Source of the DNA: an uncultured delta proteobacterium
GTDB lineage: Bacteria > Desulfobacterota > RBG-13-43-22
Reading direction: 5' to 3'
Assembly: GCA_963790475.1 (NCBI GenBank)
Contig: CAWBOS010000010.1
Location: forward strand, 416,001-480,000
DNA: 64,000 nt
Under the pieces are notes generated by a model. It was not told the origin of the DNA. It ran no database searches and was given only the letters and a program-made list of their open reading frames with translations. This document shows, in pieces, positions 1 through 10,400 of this stretch. A program made the translations under genes and the position numbers. Numbering within the stretch: the stretch's first letter is position 1; each line of letters opens with the position of its first letter.

Positions 1-1
1 G

Positions 2-736
2 TGCATCTCTTCCCAAGTGGGGTGTGCTCAAAAATGCCGTTTTTGTCATACCGGTAAAATGGGTTTGAAAAGAAACCTGAAAGCCTCGGAGATCCTCAAT
101 CAGGTCCTGACCGTTCAGGGGACATTGACAGAAACAGATTCTCTTCTGACCAATATAGTACTGATGGGCATGGGAGAACCCCTGCACAATTTTGAAAACA
201 CGATTCGGGCCCTAAAAACCCTGCTTTCTCCCTTTGGAATGCAATTTTCTCACCGCCATGTGACCCTGTCTACGGCCGGTCTGATCCCGGAGATGAAGGC
301 CCTGGGGGACATCCTTCCGGTTAACCTGGCTCTTTCTTTGAATGCGCCGGATGATGAAACCAGAAACCGTCTGATGCCCATCAACCGAAAATATCCTTTG
401 GAACCTTTGATTCAAGCCTGTAGGGCCTTCCCCTTACCGCATAAGAAAATGATTACCATAGAATACATTATGATAAAAGGGATCAATGATTCCCCCCAGG
501 CGGCCAGGACTCTGGCCAGATTACTCAAGGAGGTAAAGGCCAAGATCAATCTGATCCCCTTCAATCCCCATCCGGGCTCCGGGTTTAAACCCCCCGATGA
601 AGCTGGGCTCCTAAAGTTTCAGGATATCTTGATCCGATCTCATTACACGGTTATGATCCGCAGAAGTAAAGGGGCGGATATCTCGGCCGCTTGCGGACAA
701 CTTCATGCCAATTGGACCGGGATTGACAGGCAATAA
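2..736 (+). CDS. rlmN: 23S rRNA/tRNA m2A methyltransferase RlmN (5'-truncated by window edge)
   Basis: Frame is open from base 2: CISSQVGCAQKCRFC radical-SAM CxxxCxxC, MGMGEP, NLIPFNP and C-terminal DISAACGQL. Confidence 0.95.
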   Translation, partial: CISSQVGCAQKCRFCHTGKMGLKRNLKASEILNQVLTVQGTLTETDSLLTNIVLMGMGEPLHNFENTIRALKTLLSPFGMQFSHRHVTLSTAGLIPEMKALGDILPVNLALSLNAPDDETRNRLMPINRKYPLEPLIQACRAFPLPHKKMITIEYIMIKGINDSPQAARTLARLLKEVKAKINLIPFNPHPGSGFKPPDEAGLLKFQDILIRSHYTVMIRRSKGADISAACGQLHANWTGIDRQ

Positions 737-846
737 AAATTCTTCGCAAAAAATCAATTCCCATTTCAATCCTAAAACTTGACTTTTGTTTTCAATTGAG
801 TAAAAATATTAGTAGTAAGAATTTAGTTTGGAAAAGGAGAAAAATT

Positions 847-1071
847 ATGCGGATTACTTCAAAGGGGCAAGTTACAATCCCGCAAACCATAAGAGAGAAG
901 ATGGCTCTATTTCCCAATACGGAGGTTGATTTCAATATTTCGGGAAACAAGGTTTTTTTACAGAAGGTCGGGTCCCGGAAAAGTCGTGGAAAGACCATCA
1001 TAGCCGGAATGCGGGGGAAGGCCACTGTAGCTATAACTACAGATGAAATTATGGCCCTGACCAGGGGATAG
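847..1071 (+). CDS. AbrB/MazE/SpoVT-family antitoxin
   Basis: MRITSKGQVTIP signature; AAGGAGA RBS before ATG 847; directly upstream of a PIN gene. Confidence 0.9.
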   Translation: MRITSKGQVTIPQTIREKMALFPNTEVDFNISGNKVFLQKVGSRKSRGKTIIAGMRGKATVAITTDEIMALTRG

Positions 1072-1074
1072 GTT

Positions 1075-1483
1075 GTGGAAGTTTTAATCGACAGCAACGT
1101 CATTTTGGATATTGTTACCGAGGATAAAAAATGGTTTCGTTGGTCTTCTGAGACTTTAGCTCGGTATGCCGAAGATCATGTCTTGGCCATAAACCCGATT
1201 ATTTATGCCGAGGTTTCTGTCGGGTTTAATAAAATAGAGGAAGTTCAGGAAGTTTTATCCCCAATTTATTTTCGCCGCCTTCATCTTCCCTGGGAGGCCG
1301 CTTTTCTTGCCGGAAAGTGTTTTTCAATATATAAAAAAGGGGGTGGTAATAGAAGATCCCCCCTTCCGGATTTTTATATTGGAGCCCATGCCGCAGTCTC
1401 TGGGATGGCTTTGATGACCCGGGATCAGGCCCGATAACCAATCTTATTTCCCGAAATTAAAAATCATAGGACCGAAGAGTTGA
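1075..1483 (+). CDS. vapC: VapC-family PIN toxin with a 1-nt insertion near the 3' end
   Basis: LIDSNVILD, YAEVS, PLPDFYIGAHA, LMTRD. ORF stops at 1437, but removing one A at 1436-1437 restores RYQSYFPKLKIIGPKS* ending at 1483. Confidence 0.85.
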
Positions 1484-1513
1484 CTGGAAGCCCAAATAGC
1501 ATGGGTCCCCTTT

Positions 1514-2443
1514 TTATTGCCCCAGCCCTAAAAGCCCGGCGGCATTTCCGCCCAGGATCGCATCCACTTCTTCTTTGGAAAACTTAAGCCCGGCCGGTGC
1601 CTTTTCCGGCAGATCTTTCAGCAATTTGATCAAGGTCTTTGTGGGGACGACCGCTGAATTCATAGGGTTGTCCGTCCCGAAAAGGACTTTTGATTTTCCG
1701 GCATAATCGAGAAGATCACGCAGGTCCCGGCAAAAAAGATTGTAACGGGTGAAGGCATAATGATCCCACATGGCCAGGTCGCCGTACAGGTTGGGCTGGC
1801 GGGCGGCCAATGAGGCCCAGGGGCGCCAATTGATCATGCCCATGTGGGCGGCGATCACCTTGAGGTCCGGGAAATCAACGGCCAGATCGGAAAACTCCAG
1901 GGCTTCGGCAAATTTGGATCGAGAGGGAGGGCCCAGGGGGCTGGTGTGGGTCAGCAGGATGCCGTTATATTTGACCAGAACCTCCAGGAGTTTATAGGAT
2001 TCCGGCCCACAGGGGTAATAGCCGTCATCCGGATGGTATTTTAATCCCCGAACCCCGTATTCCTCGAAACACTGCTTCAACATATCAGGGGCTTCCGGCC
2101 TTCTTGGATCCACGCCGGCCAGGGCCATGATCCGGCCGGGATTTTTTCGGGCGATATCGCCGATGATCTTATTAGCTTTTTGTATGTTTTCCGCTTTGAT
2201 CTGGGTAATACCGGCATTGTCCACCATACAAATCAAAGTCAGGTCGATTCCGGCATCCTCCATGATCGCCAGAACCCCTTCCCCTGAAGGGTCGGGCCAG
2301 GTTACGGAAACCTTTTTGATCAGTGCCTCCGAATCGACCTCAATTCCCATCTCCCTGGCCTGGCGGATAGCGGATTGGGCTAAATTTCTGACAATTCGTT
2401 CCGAAAGTTTCGGAAATAAATGATAGTGTACGTCGATGATCAT
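1514..2443 (-). CDS. Amidohydrolase_2-family metallo-hydrolase
   Basis: IIDVHYH, GLKYHP, AAHMG, VLFGTD and ILGGNA motifs. Confidence 0.85.
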   Translation of the reverse strand: MIIDVHYHLFPKLSERIVRNLAQSAIRQAREMGIEVDSEALIKKVSVTWPDPSGEGVLAIMEDAGIDLTLICMVDNAGITQIKAENIQKANKIIGDIARKNPGRIMALAGVDPRRPEAPDMLKQCFEEYGVRGLKYHPDDGYYPCGPESYKLLEVLVKYNGILLTHTSPLGPPSRSKFAEALEFSDLAVDFPDLKVIAAHMGMINWRPWASLAARQPNLYGDLAMWDHYAFTRYNLFCRDLRDLLDYAGKSKVLFGTDNPMNSAVVPTKTLIKLLKDLPEKAPAGLKFSKEEVDAILGGNAAGLLGLGQ

Positions 2444-2458
2444 CGTTCTCTCCTTTTT

Positions 2459-3014
2459 CTATATTTTTTTTCTTATCTCTTTGGCCGGGACTCCGGCGGC
2501 AATGACGTCATCAGGAACATCTTTGGTGACGACGCTTCCGGCACCGATCAGACAATTATGCCCGACGGTTACCCCATTGACCGAGCAGGACCCGACCCCG
2601 ATAAAGGTGTCGCTTAACACCTTAACATATCCGGGGAGATGAACGCCGGCCCCCATGATCACATTTTCCTGGATGAGGGTGTCGTGATCGATGGTCACGG
2701 CGCTGTTCAGGATGGTATGATCACCAATTTCCACCCCGGGCCCGATAATAACCCCGGGTGAAATCAAACAACCCCTGCCGATCTTGGCGGTCTTGGATAT
2801 GATGGCCGAGGGATGAATGATGGTGGCCGGGGACAAGGGGATGGATCGTACCTGCCCCATTGAAAACAGGAAATTTAGCCGCATCACCGACGAGAAATCT
2901 CTTCCCTTCTCCCCACTCGACAAATCCTATTAACTTCAGGTTGTCCAGGGACCCTATAATGTCCGGGATAATTCTGGCCTGGGGATCAGCCCCTAAAACG
3001 AGTATTTTTTTCAT
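2459..3014 (-). pseudogene. NeuD/PglD-like sugar O-acyltransferase (hexapeptide repeat), frameshifted and apparently internally deleted
   Basis: N-terminal KKILVLGA frame and C-terminal IIHPSA..IDHD..GAGSVVTKDVP..AGVPA frame join out of frame near 2855; GGGAGG RBS before 3014. Confidence 0.7.
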
Positions 3015-3072
3015 GAGCCTCCCCACGCAGGTAGATAGACTGAAGGCCTATTCACCTGTTCCTATGTAAAAA

Positions 3073-4350
3073 TCAATTTAAATGGGCGATCACCCAGTTA
3101 TAAGTTTCAGATCCCCAATCCCACTTTATCCAGCCTTCCGCGCCCCCTTTTTTTGCCGTCTCGGCCAACCACTCCGTCAAGGCCTTATCGGCCAGAAGGC
3201 CCCGTTGTTCTTCGGATAGGGGATGGTGGGCCTCTTTCCCTTTGACCTTCAGTAAGTAAATTCCTTTTACGGTATTGAGAGGCGGGGAAATCTGACCGAT
3301 GGGCAGATTGAAGGCAATATCATCAATCACTTTGCCTTGGGGCGTTTTTTCGATCAGTTTGATAATCCAAAACCCTTCGGGGGTGCTGATGGGCTGGCTG
3401 ACTTTACCCGTTTTTAATTCATAGGCCTCCGGCGCATAGGGTTTCCCCTCCTGGAAGCCCACAGAGACCCAGCCGGTTTGTCCTCCTCTTTCCCTGGTCT
3501 CTTGGTCTACCGAGTGGATTCGGGCCAGTTCCGCAATATCCTTTCCGGCCAGGACCGCTTCGCGAACCTGTTCGGCCTCCGGTTTGGTTTTGGTTAATAT
3601 TCCCATAGCCCGGATCTGCCCTGGAGTAATCAGATCATCCACTCCTTTAGGTATCCAACCCATCTCTCCACCTTTGCGGGCCGATTCAAGGTCTATGGAG
3701 TTTTCAAGGGCGAGACGGCCAAAATCCTGACCTTGTTGCAGCCTGGCCCTGACCGTTTCCGCTTTGTTTCCCGAATTGGAAACGATAGCCATCCACTGGA
3801 TCTGCTCGGCATACTTAGGGACTTTTTCCAAAAAGGATTGAAACAATTTCCCATGATAGAGGTCTTGTTCGATCCAGGTCCGGTATTCCTTTTCATCCAC
3901 TCCCATCCTTCTGAGCATGGCTGCAAATCGATCTTCAAATTTTTCCTCAGGGCCGGCTGAGGCCATGACCCTTCGTTGGATTTCCCGGTTCAATTCCTGT
4001 TCCGTGACAACGATTCTTCTTTTTAAGGCCTCCTGCCTGATCAATTCCAGATTCATCATTTGCTGGATCACCTGGGTGGCCGCTTCGAGTTGGTTTGTTC
4101 CTGTTTCCGGTGGTTGTAGACGTAATCGCTTAATCAAATCCCGGGTGGTAAAAGAGGTTTTGCCCACCTGAAGTATAGTCCGATGCCTGGGGGCCAGGAT
4201 ATTCAGATAATAGGGAATGCCTATCAGAAACAATACAGCAGTAATATAAACGGCAACAGTGATCAGCAAGCCTTTGCGCCCCGGGCGACAAGGATTCTCA
4301 GGCGGGGAGGCGGAATGGTCAGGATTTTTTTTCAACTCGGGATGCTCCAT
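3073..4350 (-). CDS. Membrane-anchored SurA/PrsA-like peptidyl-prolyl isomerase with two parvulin domains
   Basis: N-terminal TM helix, SurA-N-like helical region, two parvulin motifs (DFGRLALENS..KGGEMGW; DIAELARIHS..RGGQTGW). Confidence 0.8.
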   Translation of the reverse strand: MEHPELKKNPDHSASPPENPCRPGRKGLLITVAVYITAVLFLIGIPYYLNILAPRHRTILQVGKTSFTTRDLIKRLRLQPPETGTNQLEAATQVIQQMMNLELIRQEALKRRIVVTEQELNREIQRRVMASAGPEEKFEDRFAAMLRRMGVDEKEYRTWIEQDLYHGKLFQSFLEKVPKYAEQIQWMAIVSNSGNKAETVRARLQQGQDFGRLALENSIDLESARKGGEMGWIPKGVDDLITPGQIRAMGILTKTKPEAEQVREAVLAGKDIAELARIHSVDQETRERGGQTGWVSVGFQEGKPYAPEAYELKTGKVSQPISTPEGFWIIKLIEKTPQGKVIDDIAFNLPIGQISPPLNTVKGIYLLKVKGKEAHHPLSEEQRGLLADKALTEWLAETAKKGGAEGWIKWDWGSETYNWVIAHLN

Positions 4351-4385
4351 AGAAATATCGAAATACTGTTTTTGTATGGCTTAAT

Positions 4386-4937
4386 TTAACCGGTCACTTT
4401 GTTCATGACTGTTCTAGGCGGTTCCAGAACCAGCCGCTCTAAAACTTGAACATAGGTGTCGGGAATAAGATACACCGAAGGACTGTTTTTCAATTTAACA
4501 TAGAATTGGTCCTCCCCGGGGGTCCGGACCCCGAAGAGGATCTCCAGCGGATCTTTTCGTCCTCTGACCTCGAGGATGACGACCATTTGGGGATCGATTA
4601 ATCCATATTCTTCCAGATCGTCCACTTTCTGGGCGATCAACCTCTTTGATTTTGGACCGGAAACAAGAAATACAATTCCACCCCAGCGTTTGGGGTCCAC
4701 CGGACGCCTGGTTTCATCGTCAAAACGCCAGTGTTCATCTTTATCCTGAAAAAAGGCGATTGTTTTTTTCTGGTGAGGCAACCGGACAGTGATATGATAA
4801 ATTTTTTGTCCATCAATCGACCATATTTCCGGCCGTTCTCTCTGTTTTTGACCGGGCAGGGTCAGATGAAAATAATAAACAACACCGGCCAGCAGGACCA
4901 AAATGCCGGCCAGAATCAAAGTTGATTTATAGCTCAA
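4386..4937 (-). CDS. DUF4340-like membrane-anchored protein
   Basis: N-terminal TM, DLEEYGLIDP and FYVK..VYLI motifs; usual position after GldG-like genes; start uncertain (TTG 4937 vs ORF start 4979). Confidence 0.65.
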   Translation of the reverse strand: MSYKSTLILAGILVLLAGVVYYFHLTLPGQKQRERPEIWSIDGQKIYHITVRLPHQKKTIAFFQDKDEHWRFDDETRRPVDPKRWGGIVFLVSGPKSKRLIAQKVDDLEEYGLIDPQMVVILEVRGRKDPLEILFGVRTPGEDQFYVKLKNSPSVYLIPDTYVQVLERLVLEPPRTVMNKVTG

Positions 4938-4947
4938 AGAAACCGCC

Positions 4948-6579
4948 TTATCGTTTTCTCCACCAGAGGATGCCTCCAAGGAATAATATCAATAACGGCA
5001 GAAAGATCAGGCTGGAATAACGGATGAACCGAAGCTGATTATTATTTACCAGAAGCCTTCTAAAGGAATAAGGTTTGGGCCGGATTGATATCAGGTGTTC
5101 TTCTTCGGCCAGCCAGTTGACGGAATTCAGGAACAGGTCTCCGTTGCCGCCGTTACCAAAATGGAGGTTAGAGGCAAAATCCGAATCACCGATGGCAATA
5201 ACTCTGGTCAATTTTTCTCTTTTTTCAGTTCGCAAGGGTTCTACCCCGTTAACAGTGGGCCCGCTGGCGATGATCATGGCTCCCAGGGCCAGAGGACTTT
5301 GGGTCTTTTCCGGTCCCTGGGATTTCTTTTCCCCATTTTCCATCCAGCTTTCCGGAGTAGTCAGGATGACCGGGAGTATGGCCAGGTCCTGATACTGTAC
5401 CGCCCGCAAAGGCCATCCGGCTTTGACTGCTCCTTCTTTCATCATGGTTCCCAGAATCATTCCCAGTTCCTTGGTCAGGTCGAAGGCCACGGCATCGGGG
5501 AAATAGGTCGTATCCAGACCGGTGGTGATGACTACCGGGGGATATTGCCCTTTAAAAATCGCAGGAACATTTCTATCCGGGGCGACATAAGCCCCCGGGT
5601 CTATGACCCGCCCTTCCTTGACCGTCAGACCCCAATCGGAGAGGATTTCCTTTACCTCCTCTGGCGGATTGGGATCGATGAGCAGCAGAAGCTTGCCATG
5701 CTTTTTCAGAAAGGTCCGGATGCCCCCGGTAACCTGGGGTGGCAGAAGCTTCTTGGTGCCGGCCATAATCAACACGGCGCAATCCGGGGGGATCTCATTG
5801 TTCAGGGTCAGGTTCAGGGCTTGAACCTGGTAGAGATCCCGGATTAAGCCCATTCGGGCTTCGCTGTACCCATCCTGATCCTCACTGTTGATGTCGTGCT
5901 CGCCATTGCCGGTCAAAAAGTAGATCTTTTTGGCCTGAGCCCCGGAAACTTCGATAAGGGCATTGGTAAAATTCTGTTCCGTCGGCAGTGTAACGGCCTT
6001 TTGCCGAGTCCCATTTATAAAGACGATGGTGCCATATTGTCTGATCTGGTGCTGGCGGGCCAAGGCCGGTTGGGATTCCGGGTCAACGAAATAGAAACTG
6101 AAATTTTTATTAAAATACCGATATTCTTCAAGCAGGTTTTGGGCTATTCTTTTATTAGTTTCGTATTGAATATCATCAGGGAAAAAACACAGGGCCTTTA
6201 CCGGTTCCTTAAACCCTTTGACCACCTTCACCGTTTGCGGGGCCAGGGTAAACTTGCCGGTGGCAGTCAGGTCAAAGCGACGGTGCTTGAGTATTCCCAA
6301 ATAATTGGCCAAAATCATAATGGCAATGAACAGGGCGATCATGGCCAGGGTATTCAATCCATAACGAAAGCGCTTGCTTCGACAAAAGGCCATGATTTCC
6401 ACCCGGGCACCGATAGCGGAGGCCAGGAGAAGAAGCAGCCCCAGGCTTAAAAGCCCGGCGACCGATGCGGTCAACTCCGGGAGAAAGAAGCGGATCGGAA
6501 CCGCGAGAAGCAGACTGATGAATCCCAGGACGGCGGCCACATTTTTAAACAAAGACAAAAAGGAAAGAAGATGTTTCAC
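4948..6579 (-). CDS. GldG-like ABC transporter auxiliary component
   Basis: RFDLT..FTL, IYFLTGNGE, IGDSDFASN, N.DLFLNSVNWL; N- and C-terminal TMs. Confidence 0.85.
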   Translation of the reverse strand: MKHLLSFLSLFKNVAAVLGFISLLLAVPIRFFLPELTASVAGLLSLGLLLLLASAIGARVEIMAFCRSKRFRYGLNTLAMIALFIAIMILANYLGILKHRRFDLTATGKFTLAPQTVKVVKGFKEPVKALCFFPDDIQYETNKRIAQNLLEEYRYFNKNFSFYFVDPESQPALARQHQIRQYGTIVFINGTRQKAVTLPTEQNFTNALIEVSGAQAKKIYFLTGNGEHDINSEDQDGYSEARMGLIRDLYQVQALNLTLNNEIPPDCAVLIMAGTKKLLPPQVTGGIRTFLKKHGKLLLLIDPNPPEEVKEILSDWGLTVKEGRVIDPGAYVAPDRNVPAIFKGQYPPVVITTGLDTTYFPDAVAFDLTKELGMILGTMMKEGAVKAGWPLRAVQYQDLAILPVILTTPESWMENGEKKSQGPEKTQSPLALGAMIIASGPTVNGVEPLRTEKREKLTRVIAIGDSDFASNLHFGNGGNGDLFLNSVNWLAEEEHLISIRPKPYSFRRLLVNNNQLRFIRYSSLIFLPLLILFLGGILWWRKR

Positions 6580-7290
6580 TTATCTCCATCTCCTTGATTC
6601 CAGAGATCGAAGGGTCAAGAAAAGAAAAACAATAACCAGACTCAGGTAGTAAATAACGCCGTTGCTGTCGATAATCCCGCGGCTGAAAGCCGGAAAATAA
6701 GTGGAGACCGAGATGAGTCGAAATATCCGGAAGGTCTCAACCCCGGCCAGGCCTTCCATCAGTCCGATAAACCAAAGGAAAAGAATCAGGGCGCTGCCCA
6801 TCACATAGGCCACGATTTGATTCGAGGTCAGAGAGGAGGTGAAGAGGCCTATGGACAGAAAAATGGCCCCTAACAAGAATAGCCCCAGATATCCGCTGAA
6901 CAGGGGTCCAAGATCCGGATGACCAAACCCAAAGAGCAGCAGGGGATATAAAAAAGTAAGGAACAGCATCAAGGAAAAAACGACCAAGGCGGCGAAGAAC
7001 TTCCCTAAAACGATCTCAAGGTCCCGCAGGGGTGCGGTCAGAAGGAGTTCCAGGGTACCCAATTTTTCTTCCTCGGCAAATAAACGCACCGTCAGTGCCG
7101 GGCCGAGAAACAGGAGGAAAAACTGGCTCCATTCCAGAAATCCCTGGATCGAAGATTCCAGAAAAGTGGCCGGAGACCAGCCAAAGCCGTATCCGGAAAT
7201 AAACAGAAAGACGGCAATGATGATATAAAACGAAGGGGCGCCTAAATACCCTCGAATTTCCTTTCCGGCGATGGCAACGATGTTTCTCAA
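6580..7290 (-). CDS. ABC-2 permease (GldF-like)
   Basis: About 6 TM; RLFAEEEKLGTLELLLTAP..IVLGKF motif. Confidence 0.9.
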   Translation of the reverse strand: MRNIVAIAGKEIRGYLGAPSFYIIIAVFLFISGYGFGWSPATFLESSIQGFLEWSQFFLLFLGPALTVRLFAEEEKLGTLELLLTAPLRDLEIVLGKFFAALVVFSLMLFLTFLYPLLLFGFGHPDLGPLFSGYLGLFLLGAIFLSIGLFTSSLTSNQIVAYVMGSALILFLWFIGLMEGLAGVETFRIFRLISVSTYFPAFSRGIIDSNGVIYYLSLVIVFLFLTLRSLESRRWR

Positions 7291-7294
7291 AAGG

Positions 7295-8230
7295 CTACTC
7301 TTCCTCGATAGCGGTCAATCTAAGAAAAATATCTTCCAGGCTCATCTCCTGCGACTTTAAGCCCAGCAGACGAAATCCCCCGTCCTTGACGGCCGAAGAC
7401 AATTCATCCCGGATATCCAGACCCGATAGGGATTCCACCCAAAAGCGGGTCGTTTGACCCTCGTCTTTTACTTTTATTTTTATCACGCCCTTGACCCCCA
7501 TAAGGCGGGCGAGAATCTTTTCTTTGGGCCCGGCAGCCTCGATTTCATAATGCTGGACCCCTCCAAAAGCAGCCGACATTTTTTCCGGACGATCCATGGC
7601 TACGATTTTACCTCGATCCATGACGATGATTCTATCACAGACCAGGCTTACTTCCGGGAGGATGTGGCTGCTGAGTATTATCGTATGCTCCTGGCCTAAT
7701 TCCTGGATGAGCCGTCTGATTTGAACGACCTGCCGGGGATCGATGCCGATTGTCGGTTCGTCCAGGATCAGGACTTCCGGTTCATGGATAATAGCCTGGG
7801 CGATACCAACAAGCTGTCTATATCCTTTGGACAACTTAGAGATAGGGGAATGGGAATAATCATCGAGACGGCAGGTATGAATAATTTCCTTAATTCGGTC
7901 TTCTCTCCGTCGCCCGGTCAGTCCCCGGATGGTGGCCAGAAACCGCAGGAAGGCACTCACCGTCATCTCTTTATAAAGGGGTACGCTTTCGGGGAGATAA
8001 CCTACACGCCGGCGGACCTCGATGGATTGGGTTTGGATGTCGAAACCAGCCACCCGGACCGTGCCGGAACCGGGTGGAAGAAAGGCGGTCAGAATACGCA
8101 TGGTGGTGGTTTTACCGGCACCGTTGGGCCCGAGAAACCCGACAATTTCTCCCTTTTCAACCTTAAAGCTCACGTCCTTGAGGGCCTGAAAATTGCCGTA
8201 ATATTTATTTAGTTTTTCGACTTCTATCAT
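7295..8230 (-). CDS. ABC-2 ATP-binding protein (GldA-like)
   Basis: GPNGAGKTT, LSKGYRQ, LILDEPT, SSHIL; probable start MIEVEKL at 8230. Confidence 0.92.
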   Translation of the reverse strand: MIEVEKLNKYYGNFQALKDVSFKVEKGEIVGFLGPNGAGKTTTMRILTAFLPPGSGTVRVAGFDIQTQSIEVRRRVGYLPESVPLYKEMTVSAFLRFLATIRGLTGRRREDRIKEIIHTCRLDDYSHSPISKLSKGYRQLVGIAQAIIHEPEVLILDEPTIGIDPRQVVQIRRLIQELGQEHTIILSSHILPEVSLVCDRIIVMDRGKIVAMDRPEKMSAAFGGVQHYEIEAAGPKEKILARLMGVKGVIKIKVKDEGQTTRFWVESLSGLDIRDELSSAVKDGGFRLLGLKSQEMSLEDIFLRLTAIEEE

Positions 8231-8261
8231 TGACTGTCTCGCATGATTCAAATCGAAGATC

Positions 8262-9236
8262 CTAAGAAGAAGGCCGATGGCAGGCCACATAGTGACCAGG
8301 GGATACTTCCTGTAGTAAAGGGATTTCGACCAGGCATTCCTTTTCAGCTACCGGGCATCGGGTGTGAAACCGGCATCCGGGAGGGATGTGCAACGGGCTG
8401 GGTACTTCTCCCGAGAGGATGATTCCTTTTTCCCGGTCATCGGGGTGTGAGGGTAAGGCGGCGGAGAGTAAGGCCTGGGTATAAGGATGCAATGGATTTC
8501 GGTGCAACTCCTCACTTTCGGCTTTTTCCACCAGCTTTCCCAGGTACATGACCCCTATCCGGTCACTCATGTGTTTGACCACCGCCAGGTCGTGGGCGAT
8601 AAGTAAATAAGTCAAACCAAATTTTTCTTGAATATCTTTCAAAAGATTCATGATCTGGGCCCGGATAGAAACATCCAGGGCCGATACCGGTTCATCCAGG
8701 AGGATCAGCTTGGGATTCAGGGCCAGGGCCCTGGCTACGGCAATCCTCTGACGCTGGCCGCCGCTGAATTCATGGGGATAGCGTTCGGCATGGTCGGCCT
8801 GCAGTCCCACCACGTCCAGGACGGCGGAAGTTTTTTCCTTGATCTCTTTCCGGGTAAATTCGGTATTGACAATGAGGGGCTCGGCAATAATAGAACCGAC
8901 CTTCATTCGGGGACTCAAAGAACTGTAAGGATCCTGAAAGACGGCCTGGACCTGGCTTCGATATCTTTTATGTTCCAGATCGGACATCTTTCCTATATCA
9001 TGCCCTTCGAACAGGATGCTGCCCCCGGTTACACTTTCCAGTAGCAGGATCAGTTTGGAAGTGGTGGTCTTGCCGCATCCGGATTCACCCACCAGACCAA
9101 AGGTCTCTCCCTTGGTGATGGTAAAATCAATACCGTCGACGGCCTTGATGGCCCCGATCTGCTTCATAAAAATAAGGCCTTTGGATATGGGGAAGTGTTT
9201 GGTCAGGTTTTGTACTTCCAGGATATAATTTTCCAT
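8262..9236 (-). CDS. Dipeptide/oligopeptide ABC ATPase (DppF/OppF-like)
   Basis: GESGCGKTT, YPHEFSGGQRQR, HPYTQAL, PPGCRFHTRCP; probable start MENYIL at 9236. Confidence 0.92.
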   Translation of the reverse strand: MENYILEVQNLTKHFPISKGLIFMKQIGAIKAVDGIDFTITKGETFGLVGESGCGKTTTSKLILLLESVTGGSILFEGHDIGKMSDLEHKRYRSQVQAVFQDPYSSLSPRMKVGSIIAEPLIVNTEFTRKEIKEKTSAVLDVVGLQADHAERYPHEFSGGQRQRIAVARALALNPKLILLDEPVSALDVSIRAQIMNLLKDIQEKFGLTYLLIAHDLAVVKHMSDRIGVMYLGKLVEKAESEELHRNPLHPYTQALLSAALPSHPDDREKGIILSGEVPSPLHIPPGCRFHTRCPVAEKECLVEIPLLQEVSPGHYVACHRPSS

Positions 9237-9243
9237 TCGAATT

Positions 9244-10239
9244 TTATCTCTGCACGGCCAGCCAACAGGATAGGGCATGCCCTTCGGCAGGCACCGACTC
9301 AGGGGGAATCTCCTCTCGACAGATCTTCTTCGCTTCAGAACACCGGGGTGCGAAGCTGCATCCCGGTGGCAGGTTTCCAAGGTCGGGCGGTTGACCTTTT
9401 ATGGAGGGAAGCCTTTTGAGATTTTTATCCAGTCTGGGCAGAGAGCTCATCAGCGCCCGGGTATAGGGATGTCGGGGATGGTCAAAGATCTCCCGTATAG
9501 GTGCGGTTTCAACCATTTTCCCGGCATACATGACCGCCACACGGTCGCAGATTTTGGCCACAATACCGAAATCGTGGGTGACGACGATCAAGGCTAAGTT
9601 AAACTCCTTTTGGATGTCTTGAAGTAATTGGAGGAACTGGGCCTGTATGGTCACATCCAGGGCGGTGGTCGGTTCGTCGGCGATCAGCAGTTTGGGTTGG
9701 CAGCTCAAGGCCATGGCCCCGACAATCCTTTGTCTCATCCCGCCGCTCATCTGGTGGGGGTACTCCCCGACCCGTATTTCCGGCAAAGGGATCTTGACCC
9801 GGGCCAGCATCTCCTGGGCCTTTTCCCAGGCCGATTTCCTGTCCAGCCCCTGATGGATCATGATCGGCTCCGCCAATTGATTGCCGATGGTGAATACCGG
9901 GTTCAAAGAGGTCATCGGGTCCTGCAGGATCATGGAGATCTCCGCGCCGCGAATCTTTCTCATTTCTTTGATGCTTTTTAACAGAAGATCTTCACCGTTC
10001 AGAAAAATCTCTCCGGAGACGATGCGCCCGGCCGGCGGAGGGACGAGCCGGAGGAGAGACAAGCAGGTGATGCTCTTCCCGGAACCTGATTCTCCCACAA
10101 TCCCCAGAGTCTCCCCTTCGCCCACCTGGAAACTAACCCCGTCAACGGCCTTGACTACACCGCTTCGGGTAAAAAAATGGGTTTTAAGATTCTTTACTTC
10201 TAGAGTTTTGTTAATCAAAGCTTTCCTTCCGCGCCCCAA
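9244..10239 (-). CDS. Dipeptide/oligopeptide ABC ATPase (DppD/OppD-like)
   Basis: GESGSGKS, YPHQMSGGMRQR, IADEPTTALDVT, PGCSFAPRC; exact start uncertain. Confidence 0.92.
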   Translation of the reverse strand: MGRGRKALINKTLEVKNLKTHFFTRSGVVKAVDGVSFQVGEGETLGIVGESGSGKSITCLSLLRLVPPPAGRIVSGEIFLNGEDLLLKSIKEMRKIRGAEISMILQDPMTSLNPVFTIGNQLAEPIMIHQGLDRKSAWEKAQEMLARVKIPLPEIRVGEYPHQMSGGMRQRIVGAMALSCQPKLLIADEPTTALDVTIQAQFLQLLQDIQKEFNLALIVVTHDFGIVAKICDRVAVMYAGKMVETAPIREIFDHPRHPYTRALMSSLPRLDKNLKRLPSIKGQPPDLGNLPPGCSFAPRCSEAKKICREEIPPESVPAEGHALSCWLAVQR

Positions 10240-10268
10240 AAAATCATTTCCAGTATGCTAAAAAAACT

Positions 10269-10369
10269 GTCACTCCGGCGGATCCCGGATCAGGTCCGGG
10301 ACAGGCGCCGGAGTCCAGACCCAGTAATAACTCCTTATCCACCTGGATTCCGGCTTTCGCCGGAATGAC
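10269..10369. repeat. REP-like palindromic element, copy 1
   Basis: GTCACTCCGGCG..CGCCGGAGTCCAG ... CTGGATTCCGGCTTTCGCCGGAATGAC; related to 49428-49506 and 61079-61160. Confidence 0.8.
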
Positions 10370-10400
10370 GTGCAGGTGGGTTTTTAAGACATAAGAACCA

